64,000 nucleotides of DNA from Marsupella aquatica (Eukaryota > Plantae > Marchantiophyta): assembly GCA_973895155.1 (NCBI GenBank), contig OZ316892.1:24065971-24129970 (forward strand), given 5' to 3'. Shown piece by piece: positions 52,141-64,000 of this stretch. Position 1 is the first letter of the stretch. The number at the start of each line of letters is the position of its first letter. The position numbers and the translations under genes were made by a program. The notes beneath the pieces are model-generated. The model saw nothing but the letters and a program-made list of their open reading frames with translations, was not told the DNA's origin and searched no databases.

Positions 52141-53296
52141 AAGAATACAATTTTTTTTATACAAAGGGTCAAACAGAGTACGAAAGAACAAACAAAAGAG
52201 GTCCAAAATAGACAAAAACCAAACTCAAAAGAAGTGAGCAAAGGGAAACCCCTAAAGACAAAGAAAGATGAAACAAGACTAACACAAATGGACCAAGTCC
52301 TTATCAAATTAACCTGACAAATGTGGCAAAATCTAATTGTCAACATCAAGTGTAGAAATTAAATCTGCAAGTGGGATGGGACTGTCCTCAAGAGGGGGGG
52401 GGGAGCCATTGCAGAGGCAGACTAGCACCCACTCAGGCACCCACTGTGAGAGGTTGACAAATTATGGCCAAGCTTGAGCATGTTGTAATGACACTGAAAT
52501 GCGTTTGTCAAAAGTAGAGAAGGAAAGAAAGGAAGAAGTAATGACAAGGTCCAATGGTTGAAGGCACCACCAGCAGACCCCCTCAGCCCCACCGGTCAGC
52601 CCAAAAAAGAAGGCAGGGTCAGCAAGGAGAGATCTTGTTTGGATCACACTGAACCACCAATGGATACTAAGCTCAACTTTATTCCTATCTCTCCTCTATT
52701 CTTTCCATGTTTCCCAAATAAAATTGATGGTGCATCCTAAGTATCGTATGCTGTAATAAAAAATGATCTTAAAGGAAATGAACACAAAGAGGAAAGAAAC
52801 CCTCCAGGGACCAAAAGAAATGACTATTCATGTCACAAGACCTCAACAAAGATGGAGTCCCAGGTCACCAAATAAAGGTGGCTCCCGTTGCTTCTTTTTG
52901 TTCCCTCCCAGAATTCTGCACCATATAGTGAATGGAAACGGTTGTATTTGGCTTTTCACAAATTGGATCCCATTCAGGTATGCCATGTACAGGTACTACG
53001 TGGCAAGAAATGGACCCAATGAAAGGTAATTTTAGATGACCAGGTGATTTAATCATTTCCTTCCTTCATTCAAGGGAAATATATCTATTAAACTTCATTA
53101 TTGGTATAGAGTCTATGTTTCGAACTAGCGTCTCCAGTTTGCTTTAGTGGGAAAAAGTCAAAAGCACCCCTGCCTCTTGGAAAGCCTCTTTCTTTTTGCG
53201 GTTCTTTCTCTCAATGCTTGGTTCCCAGTTTTACTTATTATATCTTGGGGGGAAGGTGGAAGAAACCCCAGCCCTATGACATTGCTTATTTTCCAA

Positions 53297-53896
53297 GAGC
53301 TTTTTAATAACCTGTCCCCCAAACTGACCGTAACTATCAACCTGTCCCCAACCTATTTTTATTTCTAACTTAATCCCCTTGTCAAATATGGGTTGCTCCA
53401 ACTCATATACTTAACCTGAGGTGGTTCTGCGTTAGTCGCCTGGCGTGTGACAAGGTGCTATTCACAACACCAAACCCCACCCGGTTCTACCCTAACCCAA
53501 GCTGACTCACTCCTGTTATGACAATTTAGGGAGTACTTGGCTGGCAAAGGGAAGGAAGGGGTGGCCCTGTTGTCAGGCCTGCCTTTGTGGTAAGTCGGGC
53601 AGGGTGGAAGCCGGGGTTGGGGCTGCCTAAGCACAACTTGAGGGAGCCATCAAGTACTCCCTAAATCGTAAAAATGGGAATGAATTGTCCCAGGTTAGGG
53701 TAGAACCAGCCAGGGTTCCGTGTGGCATATAGCACCTTGCCATGTGGCAGGCAACCAATGCAGGAAAACCTTGGGTTAAATAGAGGAGTTATAGTGACCA
53801 ATATTACAAAAGGGGGTTAACTTAAAGAATTAGAATAGTTTGGGGGACCAGATTGATAATTAGGGTCAGTTTGGGGGATAGGTTAGTAAAAAGCTT
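53297..53896. mobile_element. Mutator-like (MULE) foldback MITE, 600 bp, ~250-bp imperfect TIRs, 10-bp TSD
   Basis: Left arm gagctttttaataacctgtcccccaaactgaccgtaactatcaa... is the inverse of right arm ...ttgataattagggtcagtttgggggataggttagtaaaaagctt. Inner ends atttagggagtacttg and caagtactccctaaat also match. Flanking direct repeat tattttccaa at 53287-53296 and 53897-53906. Confidence 0.9.
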
Positions 53897-54233
53897 TATT
53901 TTCCAATCATTTTGGGTGTCTTGGTCTCTTTCTTCATTGCTTTCTCTCCTCCTTGCCTTTTCATTTTATTTGTTTCATTTTTTATTACTTAGATATAATG
54001 TCCCACTTGCAGACTTAGTTATCATACTGGATATATGTATAATTAGATCATCACACTATTGTGGAGGTAGATTTTTTGGCTTATGCTTTCTTCTTTTATA
54101 GGGTTTTTGTGTGTTGCATTTGCCCTTTTTCTTCTAGTTTGGTGTTTGTCCTCTCAGGACTCTTTTGCTTTTCTACCATTGTATTGTGTTACGCCCTTGA
54201 AAAACCCCAACTGGTCCAAAACTAATTTAAATA

Positions 54234-54597
54234 TTGAGTTGCCCCCATTTCATACATGGGTTGGTCTAACTTCACTATACTAAGTTGAGATGGCACATGA
54301 TTGGTTTGCAGACACATGGAGGCTAGATATCGGCCATGCTAACCCTCCTTAAGCCCTAGACCAGGTTTCTCCATCCCACACATTGGAATGTGGATGTCAA
54401 CTACTGCCTACAAGCCAAAAAAATTGCATTTTGGTCCTCCTCATTTTCCTTTCTTTACAATCATAGGGAGTTATGAAGGACAAATTATGAATCTCCATGT
54501 GTCACTAGACCAGTTACATGTCATATGGGATTGATGTAGTCTAGTTAAACCAACCCACATACCAAATGGGTCAATGGGAGGGATCCTGATAACTCAA
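54234..54597. mobile_element. Degenerate inverted-repeat element (MITE-like)
   Basis: catgggttggtctaact...gacacatggag (54254-54321) is inverted against ctccatgtgtc...agttaaaccaacccac (54493-54558); ends ttgagtt / aactcaa. No TSD found. Confidence 0.6.
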
Positions 54598-55235
54598 TGG
54601 CTGTTGGGGGCAGGCTAGTATGTTGACTAACTACTTAACTTTTTTCAGTAGTTTGAATACCCTAGCTATGCTCGGAAATGATGCGAGTATGAGTGTCTAT
54701 TTCCAAATTCCAATTAGGCCCCAGTCACCTTACTGTAGAGTCTCCGGTCTAGATTGGAGGCAAGACAAAAAAAAAAGGCATGTTCCAGGTCCTCCAGGAT
54801 GAACATGCTATAATGCTAAATAGGCTTCTATCTACTGTCACTTTGAATATGCTTTATTGCATAGATAGATTTGGGGGACAGGCAAATTTAAAAACTATTT
54901 TAGCAATTTGATAATTTTTTTTTTTTCTTCCTGTCCCTCTGCTGGCTTTGCTTCAAAAGGAAGTGAGGTACGGCTTACCAGGCGCATTGATGTCACGTGG
55001 GCGGTGGAGACTGGCTGGTCTGGAGGCATATTCGAGGATTTCAAACGCGGCGAGACGTTACTGCTGGGAAACCTGACGAGGACTGAGAGTACCGAAATGT
55101 AACTACTGCAATCTTCCATGGGACCGACAGCAAAGTAGCGTATGTGTCTATGTGGCCATGTGAGGTTGTCATAGTGCTGCTTAGTAGGGGGAACTAGATC
55201 AGGCCCCAGGCCTGCGTATTCTTGAAGAAAACCTG

Positions 55236-55259
55236 TATATATATATATATATATATATA
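55236..55259. repeat. (TA)12 microsatellite
   Basis: Direct observation. Confidence 0.95.
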
Positions 55260-55826
55260 ACATTAACATAACATGGGCCCAGCCTATTAACTAGATTCTG
55301 ATATTTATTAATTCTCACTGAATTTGAACCATTTGAACCATGAAAAGCAAGGTTGGATTTGAAGCCCATATGGAACACATTTCCCAACATTTGAGTTCAG
55401 TTGTAATAACTTGCTATTATTAAATTCCAATTTTTTTAATTTAGTTTTGCGGATATGTTTGAGAAATAGATAAGTTATACTTCCATCAAAGTGACAGTGA
55501 ATTTTTGATCATTTTGGTCAAGTTTCTCATCATGAAATGAGGAGGGGTAAGTTCCATTAGATTAGTTTTCATTGTGTTTATAGAAAATATTTGGGCTTAT
55601 GCATTTTTCATCTCCTCCTTCTCTACTGTAGTTGACTTGCAGGTGCAGAACTAAAGATTAATTTAGTATTCACAATCATCAATTTATGGGCCACAAACTC
55701 CCACGGACTGCCAAAATGTGGTCCACCCAAGCAATGTGTCCAACATGGTCGTCCATATGTGCTCCATTTTCAATTATTATGTGGCATAATAGTGTTTTCC
55801 CAATTTTATGGGGGAGGCTGGGTGTA

Positions 55827-56163
55827 GGAGGATTGGAGAGAGTGCAACACCAACCCGGAGTCAAACGGGCCCGCAGTGTGTGATCACATGATAGCCATTG
55901 CAAGTGAAGGACCTAACCCGCGTTAGACTTGTTACACCACAAATGGAAATAGTGACAAGGTGATAAATCTAGGGAGATCTAATCTAGGGAGGATTGGAGA
56001 GAGTGCAACACCAACCCGGAGTCAAACAGGCCCGCAGTATGTGATCAGATGATAGCCATTGCAAGTGAAGGACCTAACCCGCGTTAGACTTGTTACACCA
56101 CAAATGGAAATAGTGACAAGGTGATAAATCTAGGGAGATCTAATCGAGGGAGATCTAATCTAG
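55827..56163. repeat. Tandem duplication, 2 x 161 bp
   Basis: ggaggattggagagagtgcaacacc... starts at 55827 and 55988 and is nearly identical; units end in short agggagatctaatct subrepeats. Confidence 0.93.
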
Positions 56164-57997
56164 GCAGATTATTAATTCGGACAACTTTTGGAGATACGAT
56201 AGTAAAAATGGTTTTCAACTTTTCCTTTTTGATGTTTATATTTATATTTTTGATAGCCTGGTCCAGATCTTCCTTGTTCCAGAGTGTGAATATTTTTAAC
56301 TTTGTCACCTTGTCACAAGAGAAAGATGCTATCCAAATTTGTAGCTTACATGTTAGATTTTAAACCCTAAACCCACAGTCTACACCCTTCATACTGCTAC
56401 GGTAGACGTGTCCTTGTCACAAGAGAAAGGTTGATTGGAGTAGCGGGTGTCCAACAACCTCTAACATCTCATTCCGGGTATGACCACAAAAGGTTATTGT
56501 TGTCCAACATCATATTCCATTATTCCTTGACTTTGTGTCAGAACGAATGATCATGTGCCAAACCTTAAGTCACTGTAGAGGCTCCGAAAAAAGAACAAAT
56601 AATAAAGCTGTTACACAACCCACTCATTTCTTATGGCTAAAAGCAATTGAGATGCCCTAATGGGGTCCGGGTCACCGCCTCGAAGCCAGGTTGGTTTTCA
56701 GCCAACTGGGGTTTCCTCGATTGCCACCACTTTTTGGTCAAACATCCCTACTTGCCACCTTCTTAAATTTATTACTACAATACTATTTAGTGAGTAAATT
56801 AGCTTGGGGGTTGATGAGTTGCTTTGACAAGTTTGGAGGATAGGATACTTTAAAAAGCCGTTTTTCTAAAAGTTGAGCCAAAAAGCTGATTCAATGTTCA
56901 TGATGCGTATGCATCCATCCATCGACGAATGCATGCATGCACCCATGGGCCATGGCCAGCTACAGTAACTTGTCACTTGTGGTAGAATTCTTTTCGTCAC
57001 CGCAGACGTAGCTGAGACCATTTGGACTTTTAAGTACACTTTTTACAGGTGTCACAAAACATGCATCCCACGCACACTAGTTTTGTAGTTTTTGCATATC
57101 TGGCATTCGTAGCGATGGACGCGTGTACTCTGGGAACTCACAGACTGTGTAAGGGTCTGTGGGGGGAAAATATATGTATCTAATTTCTATTTTTACCGGT
57201 TTTTCATTTTTGGCAGGGTGGTTAATGCATTCTCGTGTGAAGGTAGAACTGCTAGGAAAAAGATATAAGGAATATTTGGTATTCACTTTCTGTGGAGTGA
57301 TTGTTGACCATTAAGTCACACAGTTAAAACCTGCTACATGCAAGTGGTTGCCAAATTGTTTTACCCCGTCACATTTTAAGACTGTATTTTGCAGTGAGGT
57401 TTTTGTGGCAAAGCTTCATTGATTTTTTCATTCAAACAGTGAGCCTCCATGAGTTTCAGTGTACTGTCAGATTGTTGCCCCACATCTCAATGTCTAATCT
57501 ATTACACTAGCCCCATTACCCAAAATGTAAGTAGATATGAAGACAAACAAAACTTGCACAATAAAACTTCTATGTTATTTTTGTTGATCTTTGCCCCATC
57601 TTTGTTTTTGTTCACTCTCATTTCAGTTTTGTCTTTATTTAGAGTTAATGTCACTTTTGTCCATCCTCATTTTATTAATTGTCCTTATTGAGACTCATTA
57701 TCAGTTTTGTCGTTATCAGTTTTGTCTGTATTGAGAGTTTACTGTCTAATGGCTTCACTCTATATCTATGGCTTCCCTGTAGATCTAGGCCCTTAAAGAT
57801 GTCTTTACTTGGCGCTTTTTACACTAAGATGAGGGTGAGATGGTATCCTTTCATAGAATGAATTTCAAACAATATTGTAGCCCTTAGCATTATATAATTT
57901 ACAAGAGTGGCAAAGGGCTTGAGGATGACAATGAAAGATACTTTCCGTTCTTTTCTTGAGGTTGGCAAGTTCTAGTAGCTCCAAGTCACTAAAGCAC

Positions 57998-58578
57998 TGC
58001 TTGTACAGGATAGATCTAACTTTTGTCTCCCCTATGCTTCAATCACCCAAGGAGTGCTTGTACAAGATAGATCTTACTTTTGTCTTCCCTATGCTTCAAT
58101 CACCCTGTTCTTCATACAAGATAGATTCTAGTTTTGTCCACCAACTGCTTTTTCAAGCTCACTAAAACACTGCTTTTTACTTGTACATGATAGAAACACC
58201 CTAAAGCAGGCAGGACGCTTTGAGACCCCACTTTGAACCTTTGAGACTCCCAGTTACAGCCTTTTGTTTATGGTCAAAAGCCATCATCTGCCTGCAATTT
58301 TGAAGCTTTGAGACGCCACTTTGAAGCTTTGAGACTACCTAATGCAGGCAGGCCACAGTACTTTAGCTCTGTTAATCATCCTTTGATGTTACAGGGATGC
58401 GACTTGGCGTGCACAATGACGACTCTAGACTCCAGAAACACAGAATATATTAGCTTTGAGATGCCCAAATGCAGACAGGCTACAGCTTCAGCTCTGTTCA
58501 TCATCCTTTGATGTTACAGGACTGCGATTTGGAGGTGGACAATGACGACTCTAGACAACAGAAACAGAGGATATATTA
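57998..58578. repeat. Two small tandem repeat blocks (~57-bp unit at 57998-58135; ~128-bp unit at 58326-58578)
   Basis: tgcttgtaca(g/a)gatagatct...cctatgcttcaatcaccc occurs 2+ times; agctctgtt.atcatcctttgatgttacagg...acaatgacgactctagac occurs twice. Confidence 0.8.
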
Positions 58579-59343
58579 CCAGTTTGCAAAGTGTGGATCC
58601 ACTCAGCCCAAAGAGAAACGAGAATGGAAGGAAGACAACCGCGGGAGTGGAGAATGGAACTCACTTCACATCACTGGATTATGTCTAGGTGAGGAAACGA
58701 AAACGTAGAGAGTGAACAACTTACTAGGTCTTCCTCCCGAACCAATATTTATTTATCATTCATTCAGATTCTGATCTCTGCCCCGTGTGTTGATTCACCG
58801 TGACCTGGCTAAAAACATTACGTTCCATTTTGCACACATCGGTAATTATGATTACGAAATAACGGTCTAGCTGACCTACAAGGATCTGAATTTGTAATGC
58901 TGTGCCTGCTCGCAGAAATAGGGGCGAATGGCAACTCACTTCAGTTCACTGAGCAAACTATTTCTTTAGTAGTTATTGTATTGCAGATCAAACAAAATTT
59001 GTACAGTGGGGCTCTCCCTTTAGAGCCATTATTTTCAGGTGATGACAGACCAGCTAATAATGAGAACCCTGGCCAAACCCATCCCAAATCATTAAGGGAA
59101 ATAACTTTCACACACTGCTGCAAATGGGAAAGAGGGTATCAGGGGGGGAGGTTCGGTAGTCCTCCAAACTAAGCTCAATGATGAGCTGCTACAGCTCTAA
59201 ATCAACTCAAAATCAAGGACGCCAATTGACCTCGAACCTCGCTCCTCAAAACGATGTTTAAAGGGGCTGGTCCATCGCCAACATGGAAGTCTATAAGCAA
59301 CTAGAGGACCCCGGTTTACCTAAGAAGCCAAAACCTGTCAACC

Positions 59344-62003
59344 TCACGTAATGATACATTCCCGCGGGCCAACGCAGACCCCTTCATCTGACGAATCGTC
59401 ATCGGAACTGTTACTGTCAATAAAATCCATATCATCATCATCATCTCCCTCATATGAACCGCGCTGCAAATTGTACCAATCCACATGACTCTGCGCCTCG
59501 TCTCTCTGTGCTTGACGTCTTTGCAGTTGCATTACATGCATTATTACCCTTGGTCTCACATTCAATCGATTCTGCCTTCGTCGTCGATTATTCTGCAATG
59601 TCTGTCATCATAAGCCAGGACTTCTTCTTAGTTTTAGATGCCCAAAGAGCATTGTCACTATCTGAGTCAACGAGGACAGTACTGAGTACGTACGCCCGAA
59701 GTTAACAAAACACCATAATATCCATGATTCTGAGAAAAGGTGGCTATACATAACTCACAAAAATGCTTTTTCCAGAATAGAAAGCACAGAAAGCTCGACA
59801 CAGATTACTGAAAATTTGGCCTCCTCACTAACAGACTATGAAGAAGAGATTGATTAGTAGGGAAACGTGAAATTTGTTAGCAATTTACCTCAAAGCGACA
59901 GAAATCTCGGCCAGAGTTCGTTTCTGATACACCCATCTAGAAGAAGACTCTCAAAAGCTTACTATAAATCCTGCCAGAATATATAGGAATACTTCTTGGT
60001 CTATCCGTATTTAATAGGACTTGCCAAAAGCTCATTGATACTTACTTTTTCAGCATCAGCAGGTAAGGGTTGTAGTCGCTCAGCAGTAGGGGCCCAGATC
60101 TTTATGGACGACTCAAAACCACTCGTTGCAAGGATAGTTGCGAAGGGATGAGGTTCCAAGCAGTTCACCACTTCATTGTCTCCCTTCATCATGGCAACAA
60201 GCGTTCCACATTTCTTCTTCCAGATGAAAATCCTTCCACAATCAGACCCACTGACTACGTATTCTGAGTTCGGCCCAAAATAACTAACGCCTTTTACTGT
60301 GATCATGTTTCTGTGCCCTTCGTAAACCTGAGGCTGCTCTTCATTGGCGTCAATGGCGTCATTGACATCATTATCATCCTTGTCTTTTTCTGACCTTGCC
60401 ATTTCATTTGCCATCGCCATAGGATCAGGGCCCATGCCCATGCCCTTGTCGAACTTATAGATGAGTTCATCGCTGTAGGAAACGAGTAGCTCTTCCTGCT
60501 CAGAGTATGCGACACAGGTGATATGCACTCCATGTGATCCAATGAGATGCTTTGGTGTGAAATAATCTACTGGCTGGTCTTCGCTTTTTGATGCATCAAG
60601 ATCCACCTTTCTGATGTCATAAACCCTCGCATATTCATCAGAACCTCCGACTGAGAAGTAGTTGGGGTTTCTTGGATTTATAACTATGGCATTGAGGCTC
60701 AGTGCATTCGACTGCCGGGTCTTGTTGCTGCCTTGAAAGCTGAGGCATCTAACTACTTTATTGCTTTTGTCGGCTCGCAAGTCAAACTGCGTAATCAAGG
60801 ACCCATGTCAGACACCCAAATTACACATAGATACACAATTGACCAGATGGGCCGACACAAATAACTTAGCAAGAGTCCATAACCACGAGTCTCCTACTGC
60901 ACTATATCGCAACTAAGTTCAAGCTACCGGAATCATTGTTAGATGTGTCGAGAGATGTGTAGAATACTCACATGGCGCACAACACCGTCCTCTGCACAAC
61001 TGAAAAAGGTATAAGAACTTCCAGGTTCTATGGCAAGCTTATGCACGCGACCTCTGTGCTTCGCCAATTTTTTTGTCTCAACTGTTCCATTCTCAAGGAT
61101 CTGGCTGTGCCTAACCTGGAAAACCACACCACAAAAGCAATTACTACTTGCTTTTCAGACCCAAGAAGAGATCATATTTAACATCCAACCGCTTGTTTCT
61201 CTTCCCTACGGATTGCAAACAAGGAATCGGCATCTGATCATTTTACAGTGCGATTACTCTTGCTTCATCCCTGCCTCAAAGTTATCGACAGCTTGCCGAA
61301 GTCCAAGGATGACAGGGTTCAAAGTTCTCTTCACGCATCTACTAGCAGCCACTCCCAAATACAAAGAGAAGTCACTACCATGCATACAACAGAAGGTAGA
61401 CCAGCACCTGGCCATCTGCCGCGCAGCTGACAATGCTGCGGTCGTCCGAGAAGGGCATAATTCGTGCCTGAAAAACATTGCCATTATGGCCTGAATAGTA
61501 GGAAAGTTTCTTTGATTTGGCAGCCCAATCCCAGATCACGATATCATTATCATCAGATCCCGAGATTAAAAGATCTCCGCTTGGATTGAAGTGGACGGTG
61601 TTGACACAACCTTTATGTCCATCCAAGACTCCGTAACGTTCCAAGCGTTTTATCAGATCCTGCAGATACAAAATTGAAAATGTTATCATTTCAACGCAAA
61701 TTAAAATGGTTCCTTCATTCCCCGCTTCTTGAAGAACACTGGAAGGTCATTAATTAAGACAAGAACCTAGGTTTGTTTACCTCAAAAGGTCATGATTCAG
61801 TGACAGTCCCCTAATAGGAACATGATCAGGAAACTTTACTTCGCAAGATTATGTTCTGTGATAACCCCTTAAATCATAACAATATCAGAAAACTCTACCT
61901 CACAACCGCCTATTTTCCGGGCAAAACGGGTCGGGTTCAACTTTCCAATCTGCCTGCCCCACACATCCTCCAAATTACACCGATACAATTCTGATCTCGC
62001 CAT
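59344..62003 (-). CDS. DCAF8: DDB1- and CUL4-associated factor 8-like WD40 protein, 5 coding exons, ~499 aa
   Basis: Exons 61899-62003, 61408-61659, 60972-61115, 60046-60786 and 59344-59601, all GT-AG and in frame. Motifs GHKGCVNTVHFNPSGDLLISGSDD, GHNGNVFQARIMP, HRGRVHKLAIEPGS, YARVYDIRK, YEGHRNMITVKGVSYFGPNSEYVVSGSDCGRIFIW, VVNCLEPHP and an acidic C-terminal tail. Confidence 0.93.
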
Positions 62004-62766
62004 CTTACTCCATAACGTCCCTGCAAACCAACGTACCAAAAATTGCCATTATGGCCTGAATGTAGAAAAAGCGGCGAAAACGCCTAGTGGATTGTACAAA
62101 TCATGTCAATAGATGAATGGGATCCTCAAACATAAGAGCAACGACGAGCCAAAGAATTTGAAGAGGTAGGTGATCGTCAGGAATGCGACACTGCAGAACA
62201 GATATCCGATATTTTCTGTGGACGAAACCAGTAAAACGCATGGCACTTAGTTTTCATGACACAAGTAGTATTCAATTCTCCTCAACAGAATCCACTCCAG
62301 CCAGCAGAATCTCAATACAGAGCTCGTCCGTCCATGCAGTTCGAACAACGAAGATTCTATTTGCATCGCAACGCAGAGAAGAGCTCGCGCTTTCGTTGCG
62401 AAAAGGGAAGGGAAAACAATACTAAAACGTGGACACAACAGGAACAACAACGACGCCATCCAAGGACCAGGGGAACCACATAATCAGCCGAAACAGTTAG
62501 ATCCGTCCCCTCACTCGCAGCAAGAGGACCTCCGTGCTCTCCAACACATTTCACGTCAGATACAACGCTTCAATCGCCGTTCCAAGCAAAAGAAAAACTT
62601 CCCTAAACAAGTAGATTGGCTCAAAACCATCACGCTTCACCTAATCAGTAAAAACCCCCTTCCTCACAGCAGACAAGACCAAAACTCGTCATACCAACAA
62701 ATTGTTGAACAATCAGCGTCAATCGTTCCTTCTTTCGAACGTGCCACCCTCCCTCGCTCACCTTCA

Positions 62767-62816
62767 GCTCTTCATCTTCATCGTCATCTTCATCTTCATC
62801 GTCATCGTCATCTTCA
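62767..62816. repeat. Imperfect (TCA/TCT/TCG) trinucleotide-type repeat in the probable DCAF8 leader exon
   Basis: ctcttcatcttcatcgtcatcttcatcttcatcgtcatcgtcatcttc; on the minus strand it is followed by a donor-like aag|gtgag at ~62761. Confidence 0.8.
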
Positions 62817-62877
62817 CCGTCAGCTGCAATCGACCGAAACGAAACAGATTGCACAGAGCGGACATTGATGGTTGTGG

Positions 62878-63153
62878 GTGTTGTGTGGAATCGTCGAGGT
62901 AGAGTACTACACTACAGTCTGCTCTGTAAGTGCAAACTCCATAAGCGCAAAAAAATGGATAACTGCAAGCGTGTTGTGTGGAAACGTCGAGGTAGAGTAC
63001 TACACTGCAGTCTGCTCTCTGGGTGGAAACTACATAAGTGCAAAAAATGGATAACTGCAAGCGTGTTGTGTGGAAACGTCGAGGTACTGTACTGCACTAC
63101 AGTCTGCTCTCTAAGTGCAAGCTCGATGAGTGCAAAATATGGATAACTGCAAG
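62878..63153. repeat. Tandem repeat, 3 x ~92-93 bp, upstream of DCAF8
   Basis: gtgttgtgtggaa(t/a)cgtcgaggta... starts at 62878, 62971 and 63063. Confidence 0.93.
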
Positions 63154-64000
63154 GCACGTTTGTTGCTGTGGGGGCACTCACACACTACAATCGGCTTGTT
63201 CCTGTGTTTTTGCTTTGTTGCCAGGGTGGCAAATATTACCTTGTGTGACGGAAAAGATGGTTGGAATGTTCCCTATTAATTCTTGACTAGATAATTTCTG
63301 ACTTTCAGGATTTTCTAGATTTAAGCATCACGGTTACATTCTGGCTAACGGGAGACTGACTTTTAAGGCCAGAAGTTCACTCTCCACATGCGCATTTTGG
63401 AGAAGCCCTGCAGTCCATGTAGGATTGGGGGTGGCAGAACTTTTGTGCCACATTGAGTTACTTAAATGCTCTTTCCTATAAACTCGTGAACTTTTCAGGA
63501 AAGACCAAAGTAATCTGTCTTAGCTGCCCAGTTTTCACACGTCATAAACAAGATTCTGGATACCAAGATTGTAATCATCAGCAAGGTACTGGTTGCTAGG
63601 AGTGGCTCCTCTTAATATTTATAACCTTGATTACAAATGTGCTTTTTGGTGCAGGGAAAGTCCTGCTAGTCACTATTCTGCAAGTATAAACAAAGCTCAG
63701 GAGAACAAGGTCCAGAATGCTGTGGAGCTTTTATAATAATAAACTTTTCCAAATGCTTCATGGCCCGTGACATAGAGAAGCTTACAAACGAGGTGTTTTG
63801 CAAGATCCTCTAGCACTGTTCCATTTTTCCAACTGAACTAAACATGACCTCTCAAGATAGACCTGTGTAGATTTGGGCTCACAACCAGTAACGAATGTTA
63901 CAGTATGAGGTCTGGTGCTCTTTGCTCGATACTACCTCAGGACAGTATCAGATGCAGTGGGCTGACATAGTAAGCAGAAGCATTATACTGTTGACTAGTC

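Noticed and set aside
52378-53250. G-run and short ORFs suggestive of a retroelement fragment
   Set aside because: No LTR boundary and no RT, RNase H or integrase motif could be identified.

Overview
Eukaryotic land-plant genomic DNA with many GT-AG introns. The gene content suggests a bryophyte, probably a complex-thalloid liverwort (Riccia/Marchantia-like); this is inference. There are three apparently intact genes, all on the minus strand: an intronless F-box protein (9963-11417), a ~29 kb multi-exon VPS13 lipid-transfer gene of the plant VPS13M/AT4G17140 type (19541-48823), and a 5-exon DCAF8-like WD40 gene (59344-62003). The first ~19 kb is an accessory, decaying region on the plus strand. 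It holds two complementary pieces of an alpha/beta-hydrolase of the type found in liverwort hydrolase-NBS-LRR (HNL) proteins (5769-6060 and 15954-16780, the latter followed by LRR-like debris), a DUF3445/HDOD-like pseudogene between them, and a 77-bp tandem array that is an amplified copy of the hydrolase start region. Intergenic DNA (1-5 kb, 12-15.5 kb, 50-59 kb) is rich in tandem duplications and transposon debris, including a clear Mutator-like foldback MITE with a 10-bp TSD. I found no convincing wholly new biological system. The best leads are the split or chimeric hydrolase-DUF3445 locus, its amplified start region, and an exon-matching 20-mer with uORFs in the DCAF8 leader. All family assignments are from motif recall, not database searches.
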